64,000 nucleotides of DNA from an uncultured delta proteobacterium. Lineage in GTDB: Bacteria; Myxococcota_A; Polyangia; Polyangiales; Polyangiaceae. The notes below the pieces were generated by a model, which saw nothing but the letters and a program-made list of their open reading frames with translations, had not been told where the DNA came from and did no database searches. Made by a program: the position numbers and the translations under genes. Positions 18,545-29,576 of this stretch are shown here, piece by piece. How positions within the stretch are numbered: position 1 is the stretch's first letter; the number at the start of each line of letters is the position of its first letter. The stretch lies in assembly GCA_963716725.1 (NCBI GenBank), contig CAVQUB010000015.1, forward strand, positions 128,001 through 192,000, given 5' to 3'.

Positions 18545-19810
18545 TCAGGCCGGGCGCCCCAGGGACGAGAACGGACCCTGGATGGCGACGGTCTTGCCCT
18601 CGAGGAACAGGTTCAAGAACAGCGCGCTGCCGTCGGGTGAGAAACATGGGCCGGCGAGCTCGCCGGGCCCACCGGCGTTGAACGCGATGTCGTAGACGTA
18701 GCCCTCCGGGGTGAGGCCGCGCAGGAAATTGCCGTCGGCGCCGTCCTCCGCCATCAACACATGGCCCCAGGGCGCGACGGTGATGTTGTCGGGGCTGTCG
18801 AGGACGTCGGCGTTGGGTGACTCCGCCAAGAGCTCGAGCTCGTCGGCTTTGCCGTCGTTGCCCAGGTTCAGCTTGAAGATCTGGCCGCGGTCTTTGCGGC
18901 CGCCGAGGGTGGTCGCAAAGTAGAGCGCACCGGCGTGGAAGAACGCGCCCTCGCCGCGACGGAACTTCGCGGCGCCGAGCTCGTGCGCTTGCAGCCTCAC
19001 GGTGTCTTCCTTGGGAGCGGGCTCCTTGACCTCGACCCACTCCACGGTGACCCGCGTTCCGGGGGACATGTCGAGCGCCGTTTCGAGGCGCGGGCGGCCG
19101 GTGACGGCGAGGGCCCAGAGCTTGCCGACGAAGGGCTGGTCTTGGTTTGCGGGCACGAAGCGATAGAGGCAGCCGTCCGCGCGGTCTTCGGTCATGTAGG
19201 CGTTGAACGTGGCGGGGTCGAAGCCCACCGCTTCGTGGGTGAAGCGCCCGTATCCGTCGAGTCGATCTGGCTTTGCGACGCGTTCGGCGTCGGGGCTGCA
19301 GAGAAAAGCGTAGCCGTGTCCCGCTTCGTTGATCTCCTCGCAGGCGATCCAGCCCCAAGGGCAGGAACCCCCACCGCAGGTCTTGAGGGTGCCGGTGAGG
19401 ACCAGGTTGTTCGACACCTTCGCCAGCGTCTTGCCGTCGAGCACCACCCGCGTCACTCCGCCGAAGCAGGTCTTGTCGTAGGCCTCCGGCGGCGGGTCGT
19501 TCGAAGCGTACGCGCCATGCCCGAAGTGGCGGGTGATCTCGTGGTTTCTGAGCAAGACCAGCTGGCCGCGCCCGGTGGCGAAGCAGCCCATGCCGTCAGG
19601 CAAGTTGGGGACGCGATAGCCGTCGCTCATGGGCTCTCCGGCGCCGTCGATCACGCGGTAGGTGAAGCCCGGCGGTAGGTCGAGCACCTTGGCGGGGTCG
19701 CGAACCAAGCCCCGCGCTTGGGGCCGTCGCGAACGAAAGATCAGGGGCAGGGCGGCCACCGACGCGGCGACGCCTCCGAGCACGAGCAGCTTCCGACGCG
19801 TGAGCTGCAT
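18545..19810 (-). CDS. PhoX/DUF839 family alkaline phosphatase-like protein, Tat-exported
   Basis: TRRKLL, PDGMG, RNHE, CGGG..PWG..CEE, GRF.HEA, PDNI, GELAG. Confidence 0.88.
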   Translation of the reverse strand: MQLTRRKLLVLGGVAASVAALPLIFRSRRPQARGLVRDPAKVLDLPPGFTYRVIDGAGEPMSDGYRVPNLPDGMGCFATGRGQLVLLRNHEITRHFGHGAYASNDPPPEAYDKTCFGGVTRVVLDGKTLAKVSNNLVLTGTLKTCGGGSCPWGWIACEEINEAGHGYAFLCSPDAERVAKPDRLDGYGRFTHEAVGFDPATFNAYMTEDRADGCLYRFVPANQDQPFVGKLWALAVTGRPRLETALDMSPGTRVTVEWVEVKEPAPKEDTVRLQAHELGAAKFRRGEGAFFHAGALYFATTLGGRKDRGQIFKLNLGNDGKADELELLAESPNADVLDSPDNITVAPWGHVLMAEDGADGNFLRGLTPEGYVYDIAFNAGGPGELAGPCFSPDGSALFLNLFLEGKTVAIQGPFSSLGRPA

Positions 19811-19816
19811 GGACCT

Positions 19817-21343
19817 TCAGGACGGCGGGAGCCGCTTCTCTCGCAGATGCCAGGCGATCCGGAGAGCCATGCTCATGATGCTGAGCTGCGGATTCACGCC
19901 CAAGCTCGAGGGCAAGATGCTGCCGTCGGCCACGAAGAGCTCGGGCAAATCCCACGCTTGCCCGAAAGGATCCACCACCGAGGCTTGGGCAGAAACGCCC
20001 ATGCGGCAGGTCCCGAGGGGGTGCTGAGAGCTGCTCTCGAGGGCGGTCGCCGGGACGTGATCGAGATCGACGCTCGCGAGTCCATCGCGATCGATGCCGC
20101 CTAGCCCCAAGATCGGCAGGTACACCTCCTCGGCACCGCCCGCGAAGAAGGCCTCGGCCATGCGACGCATGAGCACCGGGATCGCGGCGCGATCTTTGGG
20201 CGCCATGCGGTAGGTCATGAATGATCGATCGAAGAGCGTCTGGACGCGGCCGCCGCCTTCGTCGTGGATCATGCCGCCGAAGATCGCCATGTTCGGAATG
20301 GAAGCGGCGACGCGTTGGTGCGCGAGCCCGATGCCGGGGAGCGTGCCCGCCAGGGCGCCCGGCGGGATGAAGAGGCTCGTCATGGTGATGCGGTCGCGTT
20401 CGAGCGCGTCGGAGTAAGCGCTCTGCAGCGCGCCCTTCCAGCCCTCGACCGGGTCTTTGAAGCGCGCCATGACGCGGAAGCCGGGATGCAGCGTCATGTT
20501 GCGCCCGACTTGCCCGGAGCGCCGGCCGATGCCGCTGCGCTCGAGCAAGAGCGGGGAGGCGTAGGCCCCCGCGGCGACGACGACGCGTCGTGCGCGCACC
20601 CGGAGATGGCCCCGAGCTTTCTTGTGCGGGCCCGAGAGCAAGCGCCCGACGACGCCGCTCGCACGGCCCCGCGTGGCGAGCACCCGGTCGACGCGACAGT
20701 CGGAGTAGAGCCGGGCGCCTGCCGCCAGCGCTCGGGGCAAATAGGTGAGGTCGACGCTGAGCTTTGCGCCGTGCGGACAGCCGAAGTTGCAGCGCCCGCA
20801 GCCGTTGCAGCCCTTGGTATTGCGCCGCATGGGCTCCCAGCCGAGGCCGATGGCGTCCAGGCCTTTCAGGAAGTGCTGGGTGGACCGCGAGCGCATCGCC
20901 GCCGGGACTTCTTCGACGTGGATCCGGCGCTCGACCTCCTCGAAGACGGCCTCCATCCGCTTTGGACTGATGTCTTCGAGCCCGTGATGGGCCGCCCACT
21001 CGTGCATCACTCGATCGGGGATCCGAAAGCACACGCCGCCCGTCAGTACCGACGAACCACCGACGCACTGGCCCATCATCACGTTGATGACCGGCGTGTC
21101 GCCCAGGCCGACGGCGAAGGTGAGGCCCGCGTCGCGCCACATATGACGCAGGTTCTCGCTCGGTCGCATGCGCCCGTAGCGCTCCGGCGGAACGAAGGGG
21201 CCTTCTTCGAGGATCAGGACGCTCTGTCCAGCCTCGGCCAATTCCGCTGCGACCACCGCGCCGCCGGCGCCCGAGCCGATCACGACCACGTCGGCGTCGA
21301 GGCTGAGATCGCCCGCCTGCGCTCGTCCCTCGATGATCGTCAT
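19817..21343 (-). CDS. GMC family oxidoreductase
   Basis: GSGAGG, VGGSS, C.GCG.C.FGC, HPLGTCRMG, GVNPQLSI. Confidence 0.92.
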   Translation of the reverse strand: MTIIEGRAQAGDLSLDADVVVIGSGAGGAVVAAELAEAGQSVLILEEGPFVPPERYGRMRPSENLRHMWRDAGLTFAVGLGDTPVINVMMGQCVGGSSVLTGGVCFRIPDRVMHEWAAHHGLEDISPKRMEAVFEEVERRIHVEEVPAAMRSRSTQHFLKGLDAIGLGWEPMRRNTKGCNGCGRCNFGCPHGAKLSVDLTYLPRALAAGARLYSDCRVDRVLATRGRASGVVGRLLSGPHKKARGHLRVRARRVVVAAGAYASPLLLERSGIGRRSGQVGRNMTLHPGFRVMARFKDPVEGWKGALQSAYSDALERDRITMTSLFIPPGALAGTLPGIGLAHQRVAASIPNMAIFGGMIHDEGGGRVQTLFDRSFMTYRMAPKDRAAIPVLMRRMAEAFFAGGAEEVYLPILGLGGIDRDGLASVDLDHVPATALESSSQHPLGTCRMGVSAQASVVDPFGQAWDLPELFVADGSILPSSLGVNPQLSIMSMALRIAWHLREKRLPPS

Positions 21344-21855
21344 GACCGCACCGGCAGCTGCAACGGCTCGGCCGACTTCAGGCAGCGGCCGTCGAAGCCG
21401 ACCTCGCGGGCGGCGTCGGGGTGCTCGTAGTACAGGATGCAGAGCATGGCCTTGACGGCCAGGACTGGAGCCCCGAAGCGATCTTCCAGCCGCGCGAGTG
21501 CCCGCGCGCGATCGCGCACCGACAGCCGAGCCAGGGGAACGAAGCGTCGGATCATCAGCGGGGCCAGGACCCCGACGACGAAGAGCGCCAGCCCGATCAC
21601 CCAGCGGGAGCGGGCGCCTGCGCGCGCCAGCATGTCCTCGACCTCGAGCCCCAGCCACTCGATGCGCTCGCGCGCCGGGGGACCGGCGTCCGTCAGGAAT
21701 ACGGCCTCGGCCACCGTGCACGCCCGGGCGACCAGCCGCGGCGAGACGATCGGGCTGCCGTCTGCCTCCCGGAGCGGGCTCAGCGGGGCGGGCTCGAAGG
21801 CGTCCCCACCCAGGGATTGCCAAGGGTCGTCGGAATCGCGGTCTCGGGAACTCAC
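21340..21855 (-). CDS. GMC partner protein (gluconate dehydrogenase subunit 3-like)
   Basis: Coupled upstream of GMC; K...LYYEHP...VGFDG motif; start uncertain. Confidence 0.6.
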   Translation of the reverse strand: MSSRDRDSDDPWQSLGGDAFEPAPLSPLREADGSPIVSPRLVARACTVAEAVFLTDAGPPARERIEWLGLEVEDMLARAGARSRWVIGLALFVVGVLAPLMIRRFVPLARLSVRDRARALARLEDRFGAPVLAVKAMLCILYYEHPDAAREVGFDGRCLKSAEPLQLPVRS

Positions 21856-22023
21856 GGCAGCCGGAGATTGCCCGCGAAAACCCGACGAGACAAGCGCCAC
21901 GATCCGCCTGCCGGCTTGTCCTATACTCCGCGATCGCTACGCCGTCGAAGCCTCCACCCCTTGCGTGTGGTGGCCCTCGGCCCAACGAACTCGGTCACCG
22001 CCGAATAAAGAGGAGAGAACGAA

Positions 22024-22611
22024 ATGGACTTCGAGGTTGCCCCGCTGCCGTACTCAAAAGACGCACTCGAGCCCGTGATGAAGGTGGAGACCTTCGAGTT
22101 CCACTACGAGAAGCACCACAAGGGCTACATGACGAACCTCAAGGGCCTGCTCGAGGGCAAACCCGAGGCGAACAAATCCCTGATCGAGGTGATCAAATCG
22201 AGCTCCGGTGGCGTGTTCAACAACGCCGCTCAGGTCTACAACCACAGCTTTTTCTGGGACGGCATGAAGCCCGGCGGGGGCGGCGCTCCGAGCGGAGAGG
22301 TGCTCGACTTGCTGAACCGCGACTTCGGTGGCGTCGACAAGTTCCGCGAGGCCTTCGTCAAGGGTGGCCTCGGACGCTTCGGCTCCGGCTACGTTTGGCT
22401 CGTGCTCGATGAGGGCAAGGCGAAGGTCATCGACACGCCGAACGCGGAGACGCCGCTCACCACCGCGCAGACCCCGCTCTTGACCGCTGACGTGTGGGAG
22501 CACGCCTACTACTTGGATCACCGAAACAACCGCAAGGGGTTCCTCGAGGCCTTCTGCGACAAGCTCGTCAACTGGGAGTTCGTCGCCAAGAACCTGAAGG
22601 CGGGCAAGTAG
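22024..22611 (+). CDS. sodB: Fe/Mn superoxide dismutase
   Basis: HYEKHH, FNNAAQVYNHSFFW, FGSG, DVWEHAYY; strong RBS. Confidence 0.95.
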   Translation: MDFEVAPLPYSKDALEPVMKVETFEFHYEKHHKGYMTNLKGLLEGKPEANKSLIEVIKSSSGGVFNNAAQVYNHSFFWDGMKPGGGGAPSGEVLDLLNRDFGGVDKFREAFVKGGLGRFGSGYVWLVLDEGKAKVIDTPNAETPLTTAQTPLLTADVWEHAYYLDHRNNRKGFLEAFCDKLVNWEFVAKNLKAGK

Positions 22612-22619
22612 CGCCCGGC

Positions 22620-23147
22620 GTGACGGTTCGCTACTTCGCCTTCGGTGCGAACCTGCACCCCGCCACCCTCGAGCGACGCCGGATCGAGCCGCTCCGACAC
22701 GCGTCGGCGCGGCTCGACGGCCACCGACTGGTTTTCGACTTACCCGGTGTGCCGGTGTTCGAGCCGGCGTTCGCGAATATTCACCCCGCCGACGACCACG
22801 TCTGGGGCGTGCTCTACGAACTCTCGACCGCCGACATGCGCCGCCTGCGCAGCTACGAAGGCGCTGCCTACGGAGAGGTGGACGTCGAAGTCGAGAGCGA
22901 CGGCGCCCGGGTGACCGCCCGGGCTTTCTCCGCGGAAGAGAGGCACCGTCCGCGCCCGCCCTCGCGCAGATATCTGCGAGTGATCACCGAAGGGGCCAGG
23001 CACCATGCGCTGCCTGACCCATGGATCGACCGCCTCGAGGCCCAGCCCTCGGCCTACGTTCCCGGTCTGCACGAAGCCTGGAACGCAGCCTTCTGGCTGG
23101 TCGAGGTCGTTCATCGACGGCTGGTCGCGCCTTCGCGACGGCGATAG
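22620..23147 (+). CDS. Gamma-glutamylcyclotransferase family protein
   Basis: YFAFGANL, VWGVLY, YEG, PSRRYL. Confidence 0.85.
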   Translation: MTVRYFAFGANLHPATLERRRIEPLRHASARLDGHRLVFDLPGVPVFEPAFANIHPADDHVWGVLYELSTADMRRLRSYEGAAYGEVDVEVESDGARVTARAFSAEERHRPRPPSRRYLRVITEGARHHALPDPWIDRLEAQPSAYVPGLHEAWNAAFWLVEVVHRRLVAPSRRR

Positions 23148-23151
23148 CGCT

Positions 23152-23628
23152 TCAGTCGTCGGTGGCGGCGCCGCTCACGGGCAAGATCGGCGCCCAGATC
23201 AACCGTTCGAGCATGGAGTCGTTGACGACGATGCCCCGGTCGCTGAAGTAGAGCGCGTTGAGCTCCGAGCCTTCGCGCTGTTCGCCCACGAAGATGATGC
23301 CCTGACCGCTCTCGTTGTAGCCGAGCTGCACGACGGCGTTCTTCAGCCAGCGCCCGCCGCCGTCGAGCTCGACGGACTCGGGCAAGGTGTAGAAGCCCTC
23401 CGAGGGCAGCGCCTTCAGGGTCTTGGCCCAGGTTGGTGACCGCAGCGGCGTGGTGGGCTCGCCCCAGAACCAGCGATTGCTGCGGTTCTGGCCGGGTCGC
23501 ACCACGAACTTCACGCCGCCGTTTTGCGGCTGTCCGAGGTAGACCAGGACGCCGGCTGGAAACGCGTCTTCGTGGCCGGGAAATGCTTGGGTGGTGCGAT
23601 AAAGTCCGGGATCGGGGAGGTCCAACAT
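23152..23628 (-). CDS. Conserved hypothetical protein
   Basis: Clean 158-aa ORF. Confidence 0.7.
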   Translation of the reverse strand: MLDLPDPGLYRTTQAFPGHEDAFPAGVLVYLGQPQNGGVKFVVRPGQNRSNRWFWGEPTTPLRSPTWAKTLKALPSEGFYTLPESVELDGGGRWLKNAVVQLGYNESGQGIIFVGEQREGSELNALYFSDRGIVVNDSMLERLIWAPILPVSGAATDD

Positions 23629-23715
23629 GATGGGGGCCGGAATCTAACCCATCGTCGGCGATGCACAAGCGTCGCGAGGCTTCGCCGGCCGCGGCAAGGG
23701 TGGCAGACTCGGCTC

Positions 23716-24649
23716 GTGAGTCTCCGATCCATCCCCATCGTCACCGCCCTCGTGCTGTCGGCCTGCACCCCGGCGCGGGGCGGCGGCAGTGGCGGCCGGG
23801 AGGGCACGGCGCCGCTCGACCGACCGACGGGGCCGGTGGGGCTCGAGGAGGCGCGGCGCTACGTGCTCGGGTTGGTCAACCGCGACCGCGCCGAGGCAGA
23901 CCTGCCACCGGTCGAGCGCGACGAAGTTGCCGAACGCGCGGGGCAACGCCACGTCGATGACATGGTCAAGCACGGCTTCACGGCGCATTGGGGGACCGAT
24001 GGGTCGGTGCCTGAGCAGCGCTACACCGAGTCCGGCGGGGTGCACTTCGCGCAAGAGAACGCTGCGTGCTTCTTCGACGGCACGGTCCGCGAGCTCGACC
24101 CCAACCCGACCTTCTCGCCCGACCAACTCGAGCAGATCGAGAGCGCCTTCGTCCATGAGACGCCGCCGAACGACGGACACCGCAAGAACATCCTGAAGAA
24201 GTGGCACAACAAGCTGGGCGTCGGCCTAGGCAAACCCGTCGGGATCGAGCAGCCCTGCATGGCTCAGGAGTTCGTCGACGAATACGGTGAGTACGATGGC
24301 TTGCCCCAGCGGGCGACGCTTGGTCAGAAGATCTCGGTCGCGGGAGAGATCGCACGCGCCGGCGGAGTTTGGCGGGGTCGGCCTCGTGCGAATCGAGCCT
24401 GCCAAGAAGCTCGGCGCGGCGCACCTGAACGGGACGTCGTCGTATCCAGTGCCGAACCCCGACGACCTGTATTTCCCGGCGGGGTTCAAGACGCCAAAAC
24501 CGGTGAAGCTCGAGGGAAAGCGCTTCAGTATCGACCTCGATCTTCGGCAACCCGCCGGTCCCGGTCGCTATCAAGTCAGCGTTTGGGGGCGCTACCCGGG
24601 TGACAAAGCCTTCGTGATGGTCAGTCTCAGGACCATCGACGTGCGATAG
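23716..24649 (+). CDS. CAP/SCP-domain lipoprotein, frameshifted near 24352
   Basis: LSAC lipobox; LVNRDR, H..DM, QEN, GHRKNIL, LGVG; continues as HAPAEFGGVG in the next frame. Confidence 0.85.
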
Positions 24650-24652
24650 GTC

Positions 24653-25552
<900 letters not shown>

Positions 25553-25566
25553 AACTGGAGGTGATG

Positions 25567-26058
25567 ATGGCGACCAAGAAGAAGATCGTGAAGAAGCCCC
25601 CGGCGACGAGGCCAGTGGACGAGCTGGTGGGCCGCCGCGCGCCCAAGCTCCCGCTCCCGAAGGGCGAGTCTGTCGCCGGTCGGGCTCACGTGGTCTATTT
25701 CTACCCCAAGGACGGCACGCCGGGCTGTACGACCGAGGCCTGTGACTTCCGCGACCACTGGACTCGCCTGGCTCGGGTCGGCGTGCGGGTGATCGGGGTC
25801 AGCCCCGACAGCGAGGCGAGCCACGGGCGCTTCCGGGAAAAATCCGAGCTCCCGTTCACGCTCCTCTCGGACGCTGATCACAGCGTCGCGCGCGCCTACT
25901 CGGTCTGGGTGAAGAAGCAGAACTACGGGCGCGAGTACCTCGGCATCGAGCGCAGCACCTTTCTAGTGGACGCCAAGGGCGTCGTGCGCCGCGCGTGGCG
26001 CCGCGTGAAGGTCGCCGGGCACGTCGAAGAGGTGCTGGCCGCGGCCCGCGAGCTCTGA
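25567..26058 (+). CDS. bcp: Peroxiredoxin Bcp/PrxQ
   Basis: YFYPKDGTPGCTTEACDFRD, ERSTF. Confidence 0.92.
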   Translation: MATKKKIVKKPPATRPVDELVGRRAPKLPLPKGESVAGRAHVVYFYPKDGTPGCTTEACDFRDHWTRLARVGVRVIGVSPDSEASHGRFREKSELPFTLLSDADHSVARAYSVWVKKQNYGREYLGIERSTFLVDAKGVVRRAWRRVKVAGHVEEVLAAAREL

Positions 26059-27066
26059 GTGTCGGTCCCCCTCGTCTCGGTGCTCCTGCCGGTCCACGAC
26101 GCGATCGGCACGCTGCCGGCGGCGCTGCGCAGCATCCAACGGCAGACCCTGACTGACTTCGAATGTGTGGTGGTGGACGACGGCTGTTCGGACGGCAGCG
26201 CGGGCATAGTCAGGTCGTTCGCGGCCGCGGACGCTCGTTTCGTGCTGGTCTCACAGCCCCACGCCGGCGTCGCCGCTGCCCTCGAGCGGGGGCTCGCTCG
26301 ATGTCGAGGCCGGTACGTTGCTCGCATGGACGCCGACGATCTGTCTCATAAGCGGCGCCTCGAGTTGCAGATCGAGCGGCTCGAGGCGCGGCCGGAGTTG
26401 GCGGGCATTGGGGCGCATGTGTGGATGTTTCCGCGCCGCACGTTGACCGACGGGCTGGCTGCCCACGAGCGCTGGCTCAACTCTCTGGACGAACCCGCGA
26501 GCGTTGCTCGAGACGCATTCGTGGAGTGCCCCATCGTGCACCCGACGCTGTGCATCCGGAGGGAAGTGCTCACCGCCCACGGTTATCGCGACGCAGGTTG
26601 GCCCCAGGACTACGATCTGGTGTTGCGGCTGCTTGCGTCGGGGCAGCGGCTGGCCGTGTTGCCTCGGAAGCTCTTGGGCTGGCGGGACGGACCGAACAGG
26701 ATCACCCGAACCGCCGACTACACGCGGCGTGAACGCATTGTGGCCTGCAAAGCGCACTACCTGGCGCGAGGTTTTCTCGCGGGGAGCCATCGCTACGTGC
26801 TGTGGGGCTACGGTGACACCGGCAGGACGCTGTGTCGGGCGCTCCGGCTCCACGGCAAGCAGCCGCATACCATTGTCGAGCTTCACCCGCGCCGAATCGG
26901 TCAGCAGATTGCCGGAGCGCCGGTGGTGCATCCGAGCGCGCTCGCCGGCCGCGCGGGGCTCGCAGTGGTGATCTCGGTTTCGGGCACCGAGCAGCGCAAC
27001 GAGGCCCGGGCGCGCGCCCGCACGCTGGGCCTGGTGGAGGGCGGGGACTTCGTGGTGGCGGCCTGA
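26059..27066 (+). CDS. GT2 glycosyltransferase with C-terminal Rossmann-like domain
   Basis: VVVDDG, ARMDADD, QDYDL. Confidence 0.9.
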   Translation: MSVPLVSVLLPVHDAIGTLPAALRSIQRQTLTDFECVVVDDGCSDGSAGIVRSFAAADARFVLVSQPHAGVAAALERGLARCRGRYVARMDADDLSHKRRLELQIERLEARPELAGIGAHVWMFPRRTLTDGLAAHERWLNSLDEPASVARDAFVECPIVHPTLCIRREVLTAHGYRDAGWPQDYDLVLRLLASGQRLAVLPRKLLGWRDGPNRITRTADYTRRERIVACKAHYLARGFLAGSHRYVLWGYGDTGRTLCRALRLHGKQPHTIVELHPRRIGQQIAGAPVVHPSALAGRAGLAVVISVSGTEQRNEARARARTLGLVEGGDFVVAA

Positions 27067-27068
27067 AC

Positions 27069-27869
27069 TCAGCGTCGCGCGGGGAAGGTCGCGCTGGGGA
27101 GGGGAAATGCCGGGCGCGCATAGAGGTACCCTTGGGCGAACACGACGCCGCAGTCGACCAACGCCGCGTGCTCCTCCGGCGTCTCGACGCCCTCCGCGAT
27201 GGCGTACGCGCCCAGGTTCGCGCAGAGCTCGAGCAGGCGTCGCACCAGCTTTTGTTGTCGGTCGCTGGTGTGAATGGCGGCGATCAGCTCACGATCGAGC
27301 TTCAGGACCTGCGGTTCGAGGTCGACGATGCGCTTCAGGTCGGAGTAGGCGGCACCGAGATCGTCGATGGCGAGCGCCGCGCCCGACCGGTCACGCACCT
27401 CGCGCAATACGCTTCTGCAGAGGTCGAAATGCGTCATCGGCACCGACTCGCTGATCTCGATGCAAAGGTCGTGATCGTGAGCGAAGACCGGATCGTCGGG
27501 CCGGATCAGCCAGCTCTCGTTCAACTCTTGCGGGTGCACGTTGACGAAGAGCGGCTTGCCCGCGCACATGGGGACGGCGATCTCCCGGATCATGCGTCCA
27601 AGCCGACCTGCGCAGTTCTTTTGGACGGCATGCCTGAACAGCGCTTCTGGCCGCGAGAACTCGGGGACGCGACAGCGGACGAGGGCCTCGTAGCCATGGA
27701 CCTGGCGGGTGTCGAGGCGCACGATGGGCTGAAACACCACGCTGAGGTCGGAGGCGCGGACCATCTGCGAGAGCGCGGTCGAGGAGTCCACGGGCAGATC
27801 CCAGGTCTCGTCGCTGGGCGCATTTTGCGCATCCGACAGCCGATTCGAGGGTGGCCGCGAGCGGTGCAT
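27069..27869 (-). CDS. Stand-alone EAL-domain protein
   Basis: FQPIV, YEALVR, FVN, EISE, AIDDLG, KLD, AEGVE, QGY. Confidence 0.9.
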   Translation of the reverse strand: MHRSRPPSNRLSDAQNAPSDETWDLPVDSSTALSQMVRASDLSVVFQPIVRLDTRQVHGYEALVRCRVPEFSRPEALFRHAVQKNCAGRLGRMIREIAVPMCAGKPLFVNVHPQELNESWLIRPDDPVFAHDHDLCIEISESVPMTHFDLCRSVLREVRDRSGAALAIDDLGAAYSDLKRIVDLEPQVLKLDRELIAAIHTSDRQQKLVRRLLELCANLGAYAIAEGVETPEEHAALVDCGVVFAQGYLYARPAFPLPSATFPARR

Positions 27870-27963
27870 CGGTCCTCTTCATCCGGTTATCACTCGCGAT
27901 GTTCCCGGGCAAGCGCGGGAGGTCGTGCAGCAGCACGCGGGCTCTGGTATGCGTCCTTTCGCC

Positions 27964-28809
27964 ATGACTTGGTTCACGCGTGCGGCCCTCTCCATCGTGA
28001 TCGTCGCGGCGGTTCCCGCCTGTGACGGCGACAAGAAGCTCAGCCGGTCCAAGGCTGCGGAGCACGTCAGCTCAATGGTCGAAACGGCCACCGCGGACGT
28101 GCAAGAAATCCGCGGCGGGCTCCCCGAGGGCGCCAAGCATTTGGCCAAGCTCTACGAGGGCGCAACCGCACCCAAAGACGATCTCCCGGCGGTGCGCGAA
28201 GCGCTCGACCGGGCACGCAACAAGGTCCAAGATCTGCGCGTCGCCAAGAGCACCTTCTTCGCGCTCCTCGACGATCAAGGGAACGTGCTTCGAAACGATC
28301 AGGACCAGGACCTGATGGCTGGCAAGAACGCGTTCCAGAGCTTTCCGGCGCTGAAGGCGGCGCTCGAAGGCAAGTACGCAGAAGCGCGAGGATCCATGCC
28401 CGAGGCAGCCCGCGTCAAAGGCGCCGACGGCCAATGGGTGGCAGCGGCACCCGTGGAGGTCGCCGGCAAGGTGCGCGGGCTCTACGCCACGGGCTTCTCG
28501 TGGTCCGCCTACGCCTACCGGCTCGAGAACGCGGTTCGCGGCAGCGTGCGCGGCACGATGCCGGAGAACAAGAAGGAGCCGCTCATCTACGTCTACGTCG
28601 TGGTCGAGAAGCAGGCGTTTGGGGCTCCGGTCTCGCCGGAGGTGAACGGCCGAGCGATCTTGGATCTCGATCCTCTGTCGAAGGCCCAGGGCGACGCGGT
28701 GTACTCCGAGGTGCTCGAAATCACCGGGCGAGACTTCGGGCTGGCGATCAAGCGAGCTCCGGCTCTCGGCGTCGACGTCGCCGTCGCCGTGCTGCGATCC
28801 GAGACCTGA
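27964..28809 (+). CDS. Hypothetical lipoprotein (Cache-like region possible)
   Basis: VPAC lipobox; ALLDDQGNVL; AAPV. Confidence 0.7.
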   Translation: MTWFTRAALSIVIVAAVPACDGDKKLSRSKAAEHVSSMVETATADVQEIRGGLPEGAKHLAKLYEGATAPKDDLPAVREALDRARNKVQDLRVAKSTFFALLDDQGNVLRNDQDQDLMAGKNAFQSFPALKAALEGKYAEARGSMPEAARVKGADGQWVAAAPVEVAGKVRGLYATGFSWSAYAYRLENAVRGSVRGTMPENKKEPLIYVYVVVEKQAFGAPVSPEVNGRAILDLDPLSKAQGDAVYSEVLEITGRDFGLAIKRAPALGVDVAVAVLRSET

Positions 28810-28812
28810 AGA

Positions 28813-28989
28813 CTAGGGCGAGGCTTCGTCCGGGCCGGTACGTCCGAAGCGATGCAGCCCGTAGATCAACAGGACCAGGGAGGGCACCGTCACCACGCCG
28901 CCGGTGGGCGGATCGCCGGTGGCGGCGATGGCGATGCCCACGAGCACCGTGGTCACGCCGATGGCCAGGAGCGAACGCGGGTTGCCCAT
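28813..28989 (-). CDS. 58-aa two-TM membrane protein (not in ORF track)
   Basis: MGNPRSLLAIGVTTVLVGIAIAATGDPPTGGVVTVPSLVLLIYGLHRFGRTGPDEASP; TGATG coupling to the upstream gene. Confidence 0.7.
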   Translation of the reverse strand: MGNPRSLLAIGVTTVLVGIAIAATGDPPTGGVVTVPSLVLLIYGLHRFGRTGPDEASP

Positions 28990-29525
28990 CAGGGCCAGCG
29001 CTCCGCGTGGGCACGAACCAAGAAGTCGCGCACGTCGCGCGCGAGGCGGCGCTCCGCCGTGATCGTCGTCTGCTCGTGGGCGGTCCCAATCTGGTCGTCG
29101 TAGCGATACTCGGTGTCGTGCAGGATCAGCACGCGCGTCTCGGCGTCGGCACCGATGCCGTGGACCAGTTGCAATGCGTCTCCCATATCCGCGGCCCTAG
29201 CCGGCAACGCGGCGCCGAGCGCGGCGCGTTCGTTGGGCGTCACGTACGCAACGCCGTACTTGCGCCCATCGCCCATCACGTCCACCTCGAGGGCCTTGCC
29301 CTCGGCAATGGGGATCGCCCGGCCGGGGACCGGCGCGTCGTGTTCGTCGTGGAAAGCCTGAGCGATGACCTGCACCGCCCGTCGTTCGTCCAGGCTGCGG
29401 GTCGGGTTCGCGGACTTGGCGGGACCGCTGCCGCAAGCCGCGACGAAAGCCAGGGCGAGGGTGGCGAGGGTTTGGCCGAGGGCGCGGGGCTTTCGCCGGG
29501 CGCCGGAGCTGTCGAGTGCGTGCAT
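28989..29525 (-). CDS. Hypothetical lipoprotein
   Basis: VAAC lipobox. Confidence 0.7.
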   Translation of the reverse strand: MHALDSSGARRKPRALGQTLATLALAFVAACGSGPAKSANPTRSLDERRAVQVIAQAFHDEHDAPVPGRAIPIAEGKALEVDVMGDGRKYGVAYVTPNERAALGAALPARAADMGDALQLVHGIGADAETRVLILHDTEYRYDDQIGTAHEQTTITAERRLARDVRDFLVRAHAERWP

Positions 29526-29576
29526 CGGAGCAAAAGGTAGCCAACCGGCGCCCGATTCGCTAGCTCTCGTCCCAGG

